From the human T2T-CHM13v2.0 reference genome, Homo sapiens: DNA of 64,000 nucleotides. Every line of letters begins with the position of its first letter. Positions within the stretch are counted from its first letter, which is position 1. The stretch lies in assembly GCF_009914755.1 (NCBI RefSeq), contig NC_060942.1; one strand, given 5' to 3'. The notes beneath the pieces were generated by a model. It was not told where the DNA came from. It was given only the letters and a program-made list of their open reading frames with translations, and made no database searches. Made by a program: the position numbers and the translations under genes. Shown here piece by piece: positions 49,559-64,000 of the stretch.

Positions 49559-50115
49559 TATTATGAATAATGCTGCTGTGAATATTCCTGTAAAAGGCTT
49601 TTTGAGTACATATTCTTTCACTCCTGTTAAATAAATATCTACTAGTGGAATTGCTGGGTCATAGGGTACATGCAAATGTACATGTAAGAAAATATGCTAG
49701 ATTTTCTCAGAAGATTTTGTCTTTTATTTTACATTTGAGTTTTTGCTCCATGTCATTATTATTAGTCAAGGATTTTACTGAAGGTAGAAAAACAAAGACA
49801 CATTAACAGTATAACATTTATTAACAGTATGACAAGAAAATTTCATCCACAATTTTGCATGTTTCTATAAAATAGATAAATAGGCTATACACTCACTTTC
49901 TTTTCTTCTGCATCTTCCACATTCCTTGTCCATTATATAATTGGGAATGCTTTACATATTTGCTCAAAAGTCTTGTTTTTGGTTCATATGAAGATATCTG
50001 GTGTTAATTATATATGCCAGTTAAAAATAGATCTAAAGTCAAAACAAAACCAGTGAAAATAATTCATATTCAATTGTTGATTAAGTATGGTCTTGCTTTG
50101 TTTCACTTCCCACGG

Positions 50116-50258
50116 GTGAAATCTAGGATCTCTTATCACCCCACAGCCTCATATCTCCCAATCAGCTGGTGTTGGTTAATGCCATCTCCTTCAGAGAGAA
50201 CCAGAAAAATGCACTTCAGAAAGACCAAACAAAAGCAATGGCTTTCACGTTGGATGAG
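50116..50258 (+). pseudogene. Pseudo-serpin exon 6 equivalent (143 nt)
   Basis: (G)EI*DLLSPHSLISPNQLVLVNAISFRENQKNALQKDQTKAMAFTLDE|gtggtc. TAG at 50124-50126; acceptor cag changed to cgg; exact 143-nt phase 1/0 size. Confidence 0.92.
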
Positions 50259-50611
50259 GTGGTCTCATGTAGTCTCATGGCTTAATTTGTTTATCTCTTA
50301 AAAGTAATCCTCAAAATTTTTGTCCTTAAGAACTGCTAAATTATTTCTGGCCTTAGGGAAGCAAATTAATTTCCAAGTGGCTATCCTAGCTACATTTGCA
50401 ATAAAAAGCAGATTTTGATTTATAAAATATTTATTTTTTTGTTGAACCTTTCTTTAAAATTTTCCACTGTTTTTTACCCTGTATAAAAATAGAAATTCTA
50501 TTTTAGCAATGCAGTTGTACAATTGAAAAATGCTATGAAATATAGACTTTGAAAGTATTTAAAATAAGTCTTGGTTAAGACCACTTAAACTATTATCAAG
50601 CCACTTACCTC

Positions 50612-51140
50612 TTGCTAACTGGAAATAAGGTCAGGCAATAGAAAATAACAGCAAGAGACAACTGAGGAACTAACAGGCAAATCACTTCTTTTAAAATTAT
50701 ACTTTAAGTTCTGGGATACATGTGCAGAATGTGCAGGTTTGCTACCTAGGTATACATGTGCCATGGTGGTTTGCTGCACCAGGCAGGTCACTTCTAAAAT
50801 GAGTTTGATCTCCCTACAAAGCCAAGCTGAACTGGTGAACAAAATGCACAGTCAAGGTGGAAGGTTCTAGGCTTACTGCCCTTCTACTTAGCACCCTCAG
50901 CCTTCCCAACTTTTCTAAGTGTCAAAAATGTCCCAAATATCAGGCCACAACCAAAATAAGACATGTTATTTAACAAGAAAGAATTGATCTGTATATAATA
51001 ACTAAGCCACTGTGCTATCAAATGCATTTATTCCAGCCCACCAAGGAATGCTTGAAATTACAAGTAAATTTAAAATTTGTTCTTGTCAACTGTAAGAATA
51101 GACTTTCTATTTCTGAATAAATACTTTTCATATAAAATAA
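50612..51140 (+). repeat. Copy 2 of the duplication, with a short L1 insertion
   Basis: Matches copy 1 except for a ~90-bp insert at 50690-50779. Confidence 0.92.
50690..50779 (-). mobile_element. Very short 5'-truncated L1PA 3' end
   Basis: ttatactttaagttctgggatacatgtgcagaatgtgcagg...tttgctgcac; imperfect TSD caggcaaatcacttct / caggcaggtcacttct. Confidence 0.88.
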
Positions 51141-52168
51141 GTAGTAAATTAAGGAGAAACATAAACCTCTAGCCAAACACATTAGTCATATCTGGAAGTA
51201 TGTAGTAATGCCCTTACAAAGAATATTACCATCACATTCACATTTTGAGGTTATAAAATGAACAATAAATTATATAGATGTTATGGCTGTGATTTTTGAA
51301 AATACAGATTCTAGGGCCACCTTCCTGGGGACTCTGATTTGCATGATGAACTTGAGTATACATATTTTCAAAGAGCCCCTTAGGTCCTTCCAAGGATCAG
51401 CCCGGTTGGGGAATCACAGTATGTAGAAAATGGGCTATTTTAGCAGGATTCATAAAGAGATGCTCAAAGGGGTAAGCATACCCCACAGCAAATAGATTTG
51501 CTAGAGAAAGCAGCTAACAAAACAGAATATTTTATTTCACAGAAAAATCTCATCCATTTGGCTTATATACACAATGCAGGTGTATATACCTGTTAACTAG
51601 CATTTCAAAGATAAAAACATAAAGTATCATTATGGTCATAACAAAATTTCCTTAAAGTAGTCCAATTATGAGAGCTCACCTAGTGCTTTGTCACATTCTT
51701 AGCTATTTTGTAACTCCAGAAATTATCAGAATCAGCTCAATGCTGCTGACTAGTTAAGATTAGTCAGATTTTACTCGAGCTGGAGAGACTTCTAAATTAT
51801 GCTCTTGAAAGGACCTATTTGTCCTTTAAAAATGGTTATCCTGGTAAGATCTTATGGTGTGGGTATTTCCCAGCCCTTTGAAGTGAATTAACTGCATCTG
51901 GAAGTCAAAAAAGTACACCTGAATGAAATTAATATATTGGGGAACTTGAATACTTTGGACTTTAGTAGCAGCTTTGTTTAGGTTCCTCCCCTCTTTATGT
52001 CATCAAAATAACGTTCAATCGTAGGTATTTCTAAAGACGGATGGATGGTTTTCTTTTGCCACCAACTGTAGGCAATTTTGGAGGATGAAAATAAACATAA
52101 ATTTTCTATGTCCTAAATAGCAAAAGAAAGAGATTGGCTTTATTATTTCACTGTTTTTACTTTTGTAG

Positions 52169-52325
52169 TCTCAGAGCAGACCTGTGGAGATGATACATGC
52201 TCCATTTAGCTTTAAAAGGAGGCTCCATTAAGGACCCTCCTTTACAAGTGCTTGAGATGCCCAACGTGGAGGATCACCTGAGTGTGGTCATTGTCCTACC
52301 CAGCAAAGACATCCACTTGGAACAG
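52169..52325 (+). pseudogene. Pseudo-serpin exon 7 equivalent (156+1 nt)
   Basis: ttttgtag|SQSRPVEMIHAPFSFK/(+1 nt near 52214-52217)/GGSIKDPPLQVLEMPNVEDHLSVVIVLPSKDIHLEQ|ataaac; donor GT changed to AT. Confidence 0.9.
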
Positions 52326-54021
52326 ATAAACCACTGAGCCTCCGCAGCTGTAGTTACAAGAGAAAGGCTCTGTGCTTGAGAATGACACATGCAGAAAGCT
52401 TGAGGTTAAAGTAACCGCATACACTCCTACTTCCTGTGGTGTCCTGTCCATTTACAAAAATAAGCAGAACCCCCAAATAAAGTAAATGCCCACATATTAG
52501 AATTTGTTGCTTGTACTTTTTAAAGTTTAGGTGTTCAAAACATAGTCATGTGCTTTTCTCTTTTGGTCCTCACAGGTTTTTGTTGTTGTTCTACATGCAT
52601 TTTTGACATGTTACGTATTGGCATCTCCTTCGGACCTGTTGCCAACCAACTGAATCTATTTCCATCAACACTCAAGGCTGCAACATGCAGATGCAATGCT
52701 CATCTTTGCTCCTTTCTTGCTTCTCTGACACTTTCCTGAGTCTCATGTAGCCCCAGCTGTGCCACATTGTGTGTTCTTGCATTGGGAAGTGGTGATCTAG
52801 ACCAACCTCACCATTCCTCAGCAGCTTTCTTTAAATCCCTGCCTTCCTTTCATTTATTCCGCTTTTTGTGCTTCTCCTGGGTTCTGCATTGCTCACACCT
52901 GTTTCTCTCCTGCTGGGAACATCTCATTCTCCCCTCCACCCTGTCTCCATCTTTGGTGGCAAGATCCTCGCTGATCCTGCGAGGCAGGCTGGGCCGGCAC
53001 TGCTAGCTCATTTGGCAGAGAAAGAAACCTGCAGACCTGGCAACTCTATGATTTGCTCAAGTTTTCATAGCAAGTTAGTGTCTGTGACATCTTAGAGGCC
53101 TGTTTCTGGCTTCTCAGCCCACTCTAGACTTGGTGTTAAAACATCTGCCCAGAGTCACTAAGACCATGGCTGAAAAATCAAAATCTCAGCTCTTATATGT
53201 AAATAAACACATTTATATATGAGCAAATAAACAAATGTAGAAATAATATCATCGCTAGATGCTATGAAAATAAAAGATGGACATGGGATAGTGACAGGGT
53301 TGGAAAGCATCTATTTTACACAGGACGATCAGGGAAAACCTCTTTTACAAAGTGATATTTGAGTTATTATTGGTAATTAATGATTATTAATGTTAGATTA
53401 TTACTATTGAAGGCTTCTTTCCCATGGTTATTATAGGAACACTAAATTTGTTGGTGGCAGAATTGGAATCTGAGCACAATTTTGCCACAAACTCATACTA
53501 CCTACATAATTATATTCTCAACACTCTGGGTGTACTTAAATATCCTTGGGTTGAGTCATGAAAATGGAACACTTTAGATCAATGTTAAGATCTCTGAAAA
53601 GTAGGTAAATCCTCAAGTGTGAGTACAGTTTGATACAATGATCCTAAAGGGGGAAGATTAGGGCAGGGAGATGAGTATAGATCTTTATGACCAACTAATT
53701 TTTTCCTGTTAGAATGCCTAACATTGATTCACCACTCTAAATGAAAACAGTCATCCCTGGTTTCTGAAATGAGTATGAGTTGCAGGTGGTTACTCACTGG
53801 TATATGGTTAATGTAAATTCCATGCAAATAGTTTTCTTTTTTTTTTGCTTGATGCTGCATTGGTTAATGTCTAAATGCCTATCTCCCAATAAATTCCATC
53901 CCCAAAAGAGTCTAAATGAGTCACTGCAAACATGAACCTCCTTCCACTAAGGACAAACGGAATGAAGAAAAGCCAGAAAAGACAGTATGTGAAGAGTGGA
54001 CGAGAAATAGGGCAATCTCTT

Positions 54022-54197
54022 TCCCAAGTGGCTGGCACCACAGGCATGCCACCATACCTGGATATTTTTGTATTTTTTCGTAGAGACGGGGATTTGCCAT
54101 GTTACCCAGACAGGTCTCAAACCCCTGGGCTCAAGTGATCCTCTGGCCTCAGCCTCCCAAAGTGCTTGGATTACAGGCATGAGCGACCACTCTCGGT
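54022..54197 (-). mobile_element. Old Alu fragment
   Basis: Reverse Alu left arm with part of the right arm. Confidence 0.8.
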
Positions 54198-56919
54198 CTA
54201 AACTGTGCTTCTCAGCAGTGTTTTTCTTTCCACTGTCTCATGTAGGTATCCCTCCCATTTTTCCTTGGTTCAGTTTCCAAGGGTTAAAATTATAGCATAC
54301 TAATAATTGCATTTATTTAAAAATTAAGATCAACACAATTTCTTAGGCAGTTTACAACTTACTCAGAACCTCATTTATAGGTTGTCAAAATTTAGAATGG
54401 CTTTTCCAATAAAACAATACTATTGTGTGATTAGATTACCAAGTTGGTTCACAAAAGCTTGTTTACCTAAGCTAGCCCTCACCGGGTGTATGGTGTCTAC
54501 CAGGCACTCTGCAAAGGTCACACAAATGACCCGATTTAATTCTCACCCAAATCCTGAGAGGCACTAACTTTTTTTTCATTTCAAAGCTAGGAAACGGAGA
54601 CTTAGGTTTATAATGTAACACACAAGTAGAAAGGGTCAGACTGAATTTTCAAACTCAGAAGTTTGGATAAAAGACCTCCACTCTTAACCACAATCCTGCC
54701 CTGTTCTATTCACCAATTCCCCCATCTTCATTTTGAGGCCCAGAGCCAGGGCTCCTATAGCAGAAGATGAAACAGAAAAAAAAGACAGGGGAGTGGTTGC
54801 CCTTGTTTTCCTTGTATAAGACTGGACACGATTTACAAATACATTTGTGAAACATTGTCAAGTTTACAAAGAAGTTCCATACTTGAAATCACTTAGGGGG
54901 CAAAATGTGTTTTTATTTTATGCTCATTCTTTTTTTGCTTTTGCTCCTCTCCTCTTCTCAATTCCTACCTTCTTATCATCCAGCTCTGTTTACCCTTTGC
55001 CTCCAGGTACTCGTGGTTCCTCTCAGGGGATCCCACTGAAAACATGATGGGAAAAGCGCTGGATTTAGTGTCTGCAGATCCAAGTTGAAATCCTGAATCG
55101 GTGCATTTAGTAATTGACAAACTTGAGGAAGGCAGTGACCTCCCAGAGGTGATTTTCCTCCTCCGCAAAACAGACATTCAACATTGCCTCCTTCACAAGG
55201 TTGTTAGGAGAATCAAAAGTTTCTTTCTCATAAAAGAAAATGCTGGCTAAGTTGTTAACTTTATAATTATACGCTGCCAAAATGTGCACCTGTCTAGGAG
55301 CACTGTGCAAGGAGTCCAGAGAATCTTCTTCGGGTCATCCCTTCTTTTCCTGTGTCTCTCCTCTTTTTCCTCTTTGCTTTCTATCTCTATGGGAAGAATT
55401 TTATTCCTGTGTCATATTGTTTTCAGGCTTAATTATCTAATGACAATTACTTACTTACCCTTGGGATATCATCTTGCTTCATTCTGCATTTCTGATTTTA
55501 TCTGATGGGATTGATTCAGAGAAATAGTTTTGAGTATTTGCCCCAGATTTTAAAAATTCGAATTATATCTCTCCTTTTAAGTGAGTTGTGGGGGCAGGAG
55601 GTGGTCACAGTTCAATGCACAACTAGTTCAATCTCTTTGCTCCTATCAGAACTTTAAAGAAGTTTTTTTTTTTTTTTTTTTACCATTTGGCTTTAAATTT
55701 ACTGCTACAATAAATTTAATGTTAACCACTTCCTTTAATCCATTTCATTGGTCACTTTGGTCAGGTGAATCATTCTGATGATGCCTGTGCAATGCAATGA
55801 GATTGTTTGTCAATTTCCTCTACCTCATATTTAGATTTTAATGGCTTTCGATGGGATATAGCAATTATATTTTGACATAACTAAACAATAATCTGTATTG
55901 TGTGACTACTTAGGAAGTATTGGTAATGTTGTACTATTAAACGTTTACTAGTTGCCTAGAGTATTTCTCATTGAGTAACTTTGCATGCCCCATGCTATAC
56001 AAGTGACTTGATAGACTCTAATAAAACAGTCCCAGAATTTGTTGTAAATTCCCCCTAGTGCTTAAGCTGATATCTGAGTCACCATAGTTTCCAAATTAAG
56101 TACTTCCAGAAGCAGCCAAAGAGATACAAGACGACAATTAATGCTGATCAAGCCAAGAAATCAAAAATATAAAAATAAAAAAAATAGGAGTGGGGAGCAA
56201 GGGGAAAGTATATAATACGTTGAAATATTGCAACTTTTTGATTTTTTCATTTTAATGCTGATAAAATTTTTTCTTTCTTTTTTTTTTAAAAAAATTTACA
56301 CTTATGTCCCTGGTCAAGTCTGTAGGAAAATAAGGAAAAAAGAAAAATGTTATTGGGGGAAATGAGACTCATATAATTATAGAAACTACTTCCTGCAAAA
56401 ATAAAATTCTGGGAGCCTAATGGTTAGTTCAAATGGAACACACAGAGACTGAGCACAAAGCCCTTCTTTCTCTAATATAAACAAAATAAACAAGGAAAAA
56501 GAATAAGCAGATTCCCAAGAACTGAATGATGTGAAAAATTAGATACTCCTCCCAAAGGCTCTTCATTGCCAGGGCACCCTTCATGTTTCCAGAGGGTGAA
56601 GCAGCCAGTTCTGCTGAAAGGAACGTCGTTGTTCATAGGATGCCAGTCCTTTCTACTCCCAACAAGTAGAATCATGAAAGTTAATTGGCCATGACTTTTT
56701 ATGTGGTGCCTTTGGTTCTAGTCACAAAAACATAAATGTTGTCAATAAGAAGAGATTTTGAAATAATTTTAGTACTTCATTCATAAATGAATTCCCTAAA
56801 TGCATAGATTTGTCCCTGAATGAATCCACTGATTATCTTCTATCTGAATTCTACATGGGCTATGCCACCACTTAACTGATCAGCTGTCTTATTCCATTAG
56901 TAAGTTTTTTCTCTTCTGA

Positions 56920-57294
<375 letters not shown>

Positions 57295-58075
57295 TAATTT
57301 TGTCTTTACATTCATTATTTTATTCCTCGAGTTCCTCTGCCTTCTGCCTCTAAACTCTGGTTCACTTCACCCCTCTCAGTACCTTTTCATACTCTTCATC
57401 TTTTATCCTCCTTCTGCCATCCTCCACTCTTCCATTTTCCTTTGCTTTGCCTTGTTTTTTTTTTCTGCTTCTCCTTGGAGGAAAAAGAAATTGTTCTGTG
57501 TCTACTCAAATATCACTAATTCCCTTATAGACCTATCTTCCAAACTGAAATTTTGCTTTACATAAGAATAAGAAAATTTTCTTTCACTGTAACCTGGTAG
57601 AGTGTAACTTTAATCACAAAATCATTGCTGAGTATATAAGTAGTTTAACATCTTTGATTAATATATTTTGTTTTAAACAGCACGGAATCCATTTGCTAGA
57701 AGGAAATGCAATGTAATCAAAACTTAGACTGCAGTTTCTGTTTCCTGAAAACAGGCATAGATAAGAATGTTGCACACAGGACATGCCAAAAGTCGCATAA
57801 GCTAACCACCACACATGAATACACCAAATTTCTTAATGTCCAAAGACTAAAATTGCAAATAGAATTCTGTAAATTAAATTTGCCTAATGAGGGCAAGTAA
57901 AGTAAAACAGAAGGAACGTATCCAGCTATTAAAAGAGAGAGAGAATCTGTAAAAGGCAAAAGAACAGACCCCCAAATCAATCATTAAAAAAGCAAAACAG
58001 AGAATTTAGAAAGCTAAATATTATTTAGTATTACTCCTAACAAACACTGATTTTTTGAACATAAATGCTTCTTTA

Positions 58076-58474
<399 letters not shown>

Positions 58475-60351
58475 TTAAAATGTGTACAAAATACACAGCC
58501 AGGCAAAAGCAGCTATGAAGTAGAATAACAGCATGATGTTTTTAGTTCATGCCTGTGGTTCAAAGAAATTCCTTATGTTGCACTTGATAAAAATGCCTTA
58601 TCAACATTGACCTCTTTATAGGTGCTGCATCTTGTATGCACCCGACTCACTCTCTGAATGTATAACTGTACCTGGGTCTGTACAATGACAGATAAAAGTA
58701 TGAATGAAGTTTGTCGGGAAGTCAGTCAGTCACATCCTGTAGTTTGAGTATTCCTAGGGAACATGGCGCCACCCAAGGATCTCAGCCTTCAACATGGCAC
58801 CGGGAGACTTCATCGCACCTGAAGGAAAGACTCAGCTCCCTGAAACAGCTGTTATTGCTGGGGTAACGCCCAGAGGCTGCCTGAGGGCAGTTCTGGGTGC
58901 AACTCTGTTCTGGCAGATGTATGCTGAATCATTGTGAGTGTCTCAGTTTTAAGAAAACTTTGGCATAAGATGAAAGATAAAATTTGAGATGAAATATTTT
59001 ATGAATTAATCTCTTTGATCTTGACATTTAAAGACTGAGAAGAAGGAATGAGGGGAGAACAGATGCCAACATAATAAACCGATCATTAAATTGAACCCTT
59101 AACACAAGCTTCACCTGGTGCTATTAAAGACCAAGAGACTCCTGAAGGATCAAGAGTAAACCCTGGTAGTTAATTTTAGAGAATAATTAAAAATTCGAAG
59201 CAGAAAATCATATATTTCTGTATGAGGGAATAATACAATCTGAGAAATAAATAACTGTACATTGTCTAGAAACAAGTAGTCTATTTAGGATTGTTTTTAA
59301 ACAGAGTCATAAAAGCGATGGGCTTTTATTACAACCTCACATTTATCCTAATGAAGCATAGAATTTTCTAGAAATCATCCCTCCACTCCTGTAACTGTGA
59401 TATGGAATCGTAACAACCCATGCCACATATTCTACCATTATACTAATGACCAATTCTAGTATAGGTAATAAATAAGAATATAAGAATAAGCAGTAATGAT
59501 AATAAAATCAACCAAAAATAAAAGGAATGGTATTTATTAGCTTTTGATTTTAATTAACAATTCCATCTGTGTCATGATTTGCTTAGATCAGAGGCTGGCA
59601 CCAGTTTTCTAAAACTGGGTAAGTCTTTTGAAGAGACACAGAGGAAGTAAAATAAGAAGGGTGAAACAAGCAAATACCCCGGGGTTGTACAGCTCCGCTG
59701 AGGAGGTGAAAGCACTTGGTTGGTGGCCTGTCATCTTCACTTTTAGAGAGAACCCAGGCATTTACGTTTAATTTCCAAACTGACTAGGGACCTTTATTTA
59801 AGTTACAATGTTCTTTTCATTATGTTGTAACTCTCAGTGAATTAATAAAATGCTAATTAATGAAGTGAGGAAAGAGGTTTGAAACTACAGTATGAATCCT
59901 TTAGCATACAGATTTCAGAGATAATTCCTGGTTTATAAATGGTTTAATTTTTGTGTGGTTCTTTTTAATAAAATGCTCTAGTAGAATCTGTAAGAATCCA
60001 TATATTCAGTCTTGTGATGTTACCTATTGCTATAGTATATTATATAAATTATTGTGTAATGTGTACATTATATATATTATATTAGTACAATATTGTCATA
60101 TCCTTTGCCAAGTTAGCGAATTGAGTGGAATCAGGTGTATGACAAGAGGAATCAGTGGGAAAACCCAGTAAAAACTTCTTTTCTCAAAGCATTTATCCAC
60201 AAAGGCTATACTTAAAGTGGTCTATTTCTTTGTAATTATGACCACTTCCATTTTAGCTGAAGAGATATACTTTTTCTGTGTGAAAAATCATTTCAGTTAC
60301 AGCTTATATGCTATTTTTAGAAAATATAGGAACTGAGAGGAGAGATAATTT

Positions 60352-61035
<684 letters not shown>

Positions 61036-64000
61036 AGGGTAGTCCTGTTTTTAATCATATCTTTCAGGTGTCTATCACCTAGTAGTAGGGCGTGGTCACC
61101 CTTGCCCATAAACACAATCTGGACTCAGACAACATTAGGGAAGATTAGGAAAAATGAATGACAACACTAGCTAAAGACTGGATTTCTCTTTAATGAAGTA
61201 TTGTTGTAGCATCTAGGTCAGAATAAGAGAAACCGCTTCTGTGCAAAATATCTTGTTAGGACTCTTTTCCCCCTGCCCACATCATACACACAGAGAATTG
61301 AAAGGGTGTCAAAAGTAATCCTGTGGGCTTTAAGCCAGAATGTGTATACACTTTTCATTTTCATTCACAAAACGAAACAAAAACTTTATGCTGTTAACTT
61401 ATTTTCCTTCTGTGTATCATAGTAGTCCCACTGATATAAACTATGGATTTTATTTATTTGATACCTGAAAATGCCAGATCCAGAAATGTAGCAGGGTTTG
61501 TTTGTTTGTTTTTAATGGTCTTAGGCTCAAAGAATAAACAGGCAGAGACCTTTCACCCCAAAAATGGCCTACTCTGGGAATTCTTTAGTGCACCTGAACC
61601 TGAGGATTCTTCAAATTTACCAAATCATAAAAAAACTCAGCCATCTTCTGTACAATGGTGGACTGAAATACAAGTACATAATAAAATTTTAAAATGTTTC
61701 TGTTTCAAGGGTAACAAAAAGACACAATGATTTTATTTCAATGAGCAGCAATATATTTTGTTCAAAGAGTTTCCATGACTTAAATAGTGCTTCTACACAT
61801 TGATGTAGCAAAGTGCTTAAACCTTTAAACACACACTTAGCGTAAATACGTGTAGCTATGCATTAGAGGAATGTTCTTGATTCCAATGGACTTTTTAAAC
61901 TCACAGACTCCTTTTTACAATCTTGTGGAGGCTACCAACCTTTCCACCTATAAAAGGCACACATACACATTCACATACAACTTTTCACATAGTTTCCCAG
62001 ACCTCTTTAAATTGTTGGTGGATCCCAGGCTAAGAAGTCTTGAAGGGCGTACATATACATTTGTATTCATAGTTCTCAAGCCCATACAGGTGGCAGTGCA
62101 TCTGAACATTTTGATAATTTTTGTGGAACATAATCTCTGTGTATTCCATCATATACTCTAAAAAATGAATACTATAAGTACATATATATGTATATGACAA
62201 TATTATATATACTAAAATGTATGATATCATTTACATTACTAAACAGCAGTGGAATTAAATACAATTGGCTGCCTCAGTTCTTTTATTAATAGTTCTCTGC
62301 TACTTTTTTAGGCAGTCGTAAGCCCCAAAATGTTAATTATGTATACATTTCTAGGAGAAAAACCTTAACATTGATAGAGTTTTATTCCTGCATTTAATAT
62401 ATGTTGGCTTGCTGGTTTGTTTTCTGATAATTTTTAAAGACTGCCAGTTTTCTGCAGAACACATTGGTCTACTTTGCAGTTGTAGCTTCTGTGAAAACCT
62501 GGCTGAGGAACAATGAACAAATATAGAAAGCAGTGAATTCCTAAGGAAGAGCGGAGATGTACATTTGAATATTGAGTAAAATCATATAGAATTTTATTAT
62601 TGATCCTTTGTCTTTTGGAGCCTATCCCTACATTTCAGCAATTTCACTTGCATCCTGTGGCTATGTCTGAAGGTGGCTTCCACATATGGGAGTTTGAGAG
62701 CCCCTTCACCTTTAAATTAATGTCTCTGCTCACCTGAGGTCTCAAACACACCCCTTTGGGAGCAGCCTGACCAACCCCCAAAGTCATTCAGTCAACAGAT
62801 ATTTATTTATGCCTTTTGGGTGCTAGGCACAGGTCCCAGCACAGGGCTGGGTACTGAATACATGGTGAGAACAAAAAAGACCTGGCCCCTGCCCTTGGAG
62901 AACTTAGAAACATTTTTAATAGCAAATACGGAAATGTGTATACAATTATATGTATATTATACAATCATAAGCATTACGAAGGAAAATTAAAGTGTATTAG
63001 GAAATAAATCAAAGATGGAATCTTCTCAGAGTGAAATCTCAGAGAAACTTCCCTGAGAAAAATAAATGAATTAGAAATGGGACCCTAATTTGGGTGAACA
63101 TCAGAATTCTGCCTTGTGCAGTGTGAAGATTAGCATAAAATTGCTTCCCCTGTGTGGAAAGGGACTGATGCATAGCAAGCAGTTGATCCTGTTAATCAGC
63201 TAATTTGAAAGTTCTCTGAGTTGGTAGCTTTAGTTGAACATAAATCCTGGCTCAGCGGCTGCAGGTGTGCCTGGACCCCTTCTGGAGCTTCTTTGGACAT
63301 TCTGTCTCCTTCCTTCGGGTAAGTCACTGCAGATTGTCATTGTTCAAGCCATGAACTACCCATGAAAATGACTGGAAAAGCCATGTGTCTCAAATGGAGC
63401 ATTTGAAACTTCCTTAAATGTCAGGAGTTTGAAAATCTTATTTTATATTTTAAAACTTAAGGCCATTCATCTTTGGCAGAATAGGGTGGAGGCAAAGCAC
63501 TGCCTTCTATGTTAAAATGCATTTATGTAGACACTAAAGTTCTTCCAAAGCTTATAGAGCTTAAGAAAAAAATATCATTCTAGTAATGGTGGTAATGAAA
63601 ATTAAAATCTTTCTTCATTTTAAAAAATCGCCATTGAATGGTGTAAAAACTTTACATTTTCTTTATTTTGGAAGTTTTAAAATTGCAGAGTAGTTGAAAG
63701 AACTGTATAGTAAACACTTGCGCAAACTTCATCCAGATTCAGCAATTGTTAATATTTTGTTACATATGGTTTATATCTATTATCTATCTGTCATCTGTCT
63801 CCTGAACAATTTGAATGAAAGTTGCATGCACCATGATACTTTCCCTAAATACCGTAATATGCCTCTCTTGAGAATAAGAACATTTCCTTCATACCACAAT
63901 ACCTTTATTACGCTTGAGAAAATAAGCCTTAATTAAATGTTTCATATAAAATATAGTACATACTTAAATTTTCTATATTGTTTTAAAAACTCCACTTGCA

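Noticed and set aside
53965-54030. [13 protein letters not shown] as a possible start of pseudo-exon 8
   Set aside because: Only an EWT-like match with wrong spacing and no acceptor, running into an Alu; insufficient evidence.
55325-55410. HPF...MGRI-like words resembling a serpin C-terminus
   Set aside because: Low-complexity CT tract that needs frameshifts, with no upstream hinge or RCL. Exon 8 of the pseudogene remains unlocated.
58762-58780. Second CTCF-like motif (reverse strand ccttgggtggcgcc)
   Set aside because: Several mismatches in the 5' half of the core.

Overview
Human-type (primate) genomic DNA, AT-rich and dense in Alu/L1/LTR/DNA-transposon repeats, from the clade B (ovalbumin-type) serpin cluster. 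Bases 3.4-26.5 kb hold all seven coding exons and the 3'UTR of SERPINB7 (megsin) on the + strand. The exons (168+51+117+118+143+147+399 nt) give 380 aa plus stop, all with GT-AG splice sites; the non-coding first exon is not seen. Codon 266 reads CAA (Gln), where I recall the canonical sequence has CGA (Arg). The main finding is at 42.9-52.3 kb: a decayed, intron-containing clade B serpin pseudogene. Five exons (equivalents of 2, 3, 4, 6, 7) can be rebuilt by hand with the right order, strand and phases and near-canonical sizes; they carry a lost ATG, two frameshifts, a stop and three broken splice sites. It is not a recent SERPINB7 copy. Its exon sizes and motifs recall the ovalbumin/OVAX/OVAY and SERPINB11 branch, so it may be a lost serpin lineage; this is inference and needs phylogeny. 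Also present are a near-full-length old L1 with an internal deletion, solo LTRs, local duplications and a strong CTCF-like motif. Repeat subfamily names and external protein comparisons are from memory, not from searches.
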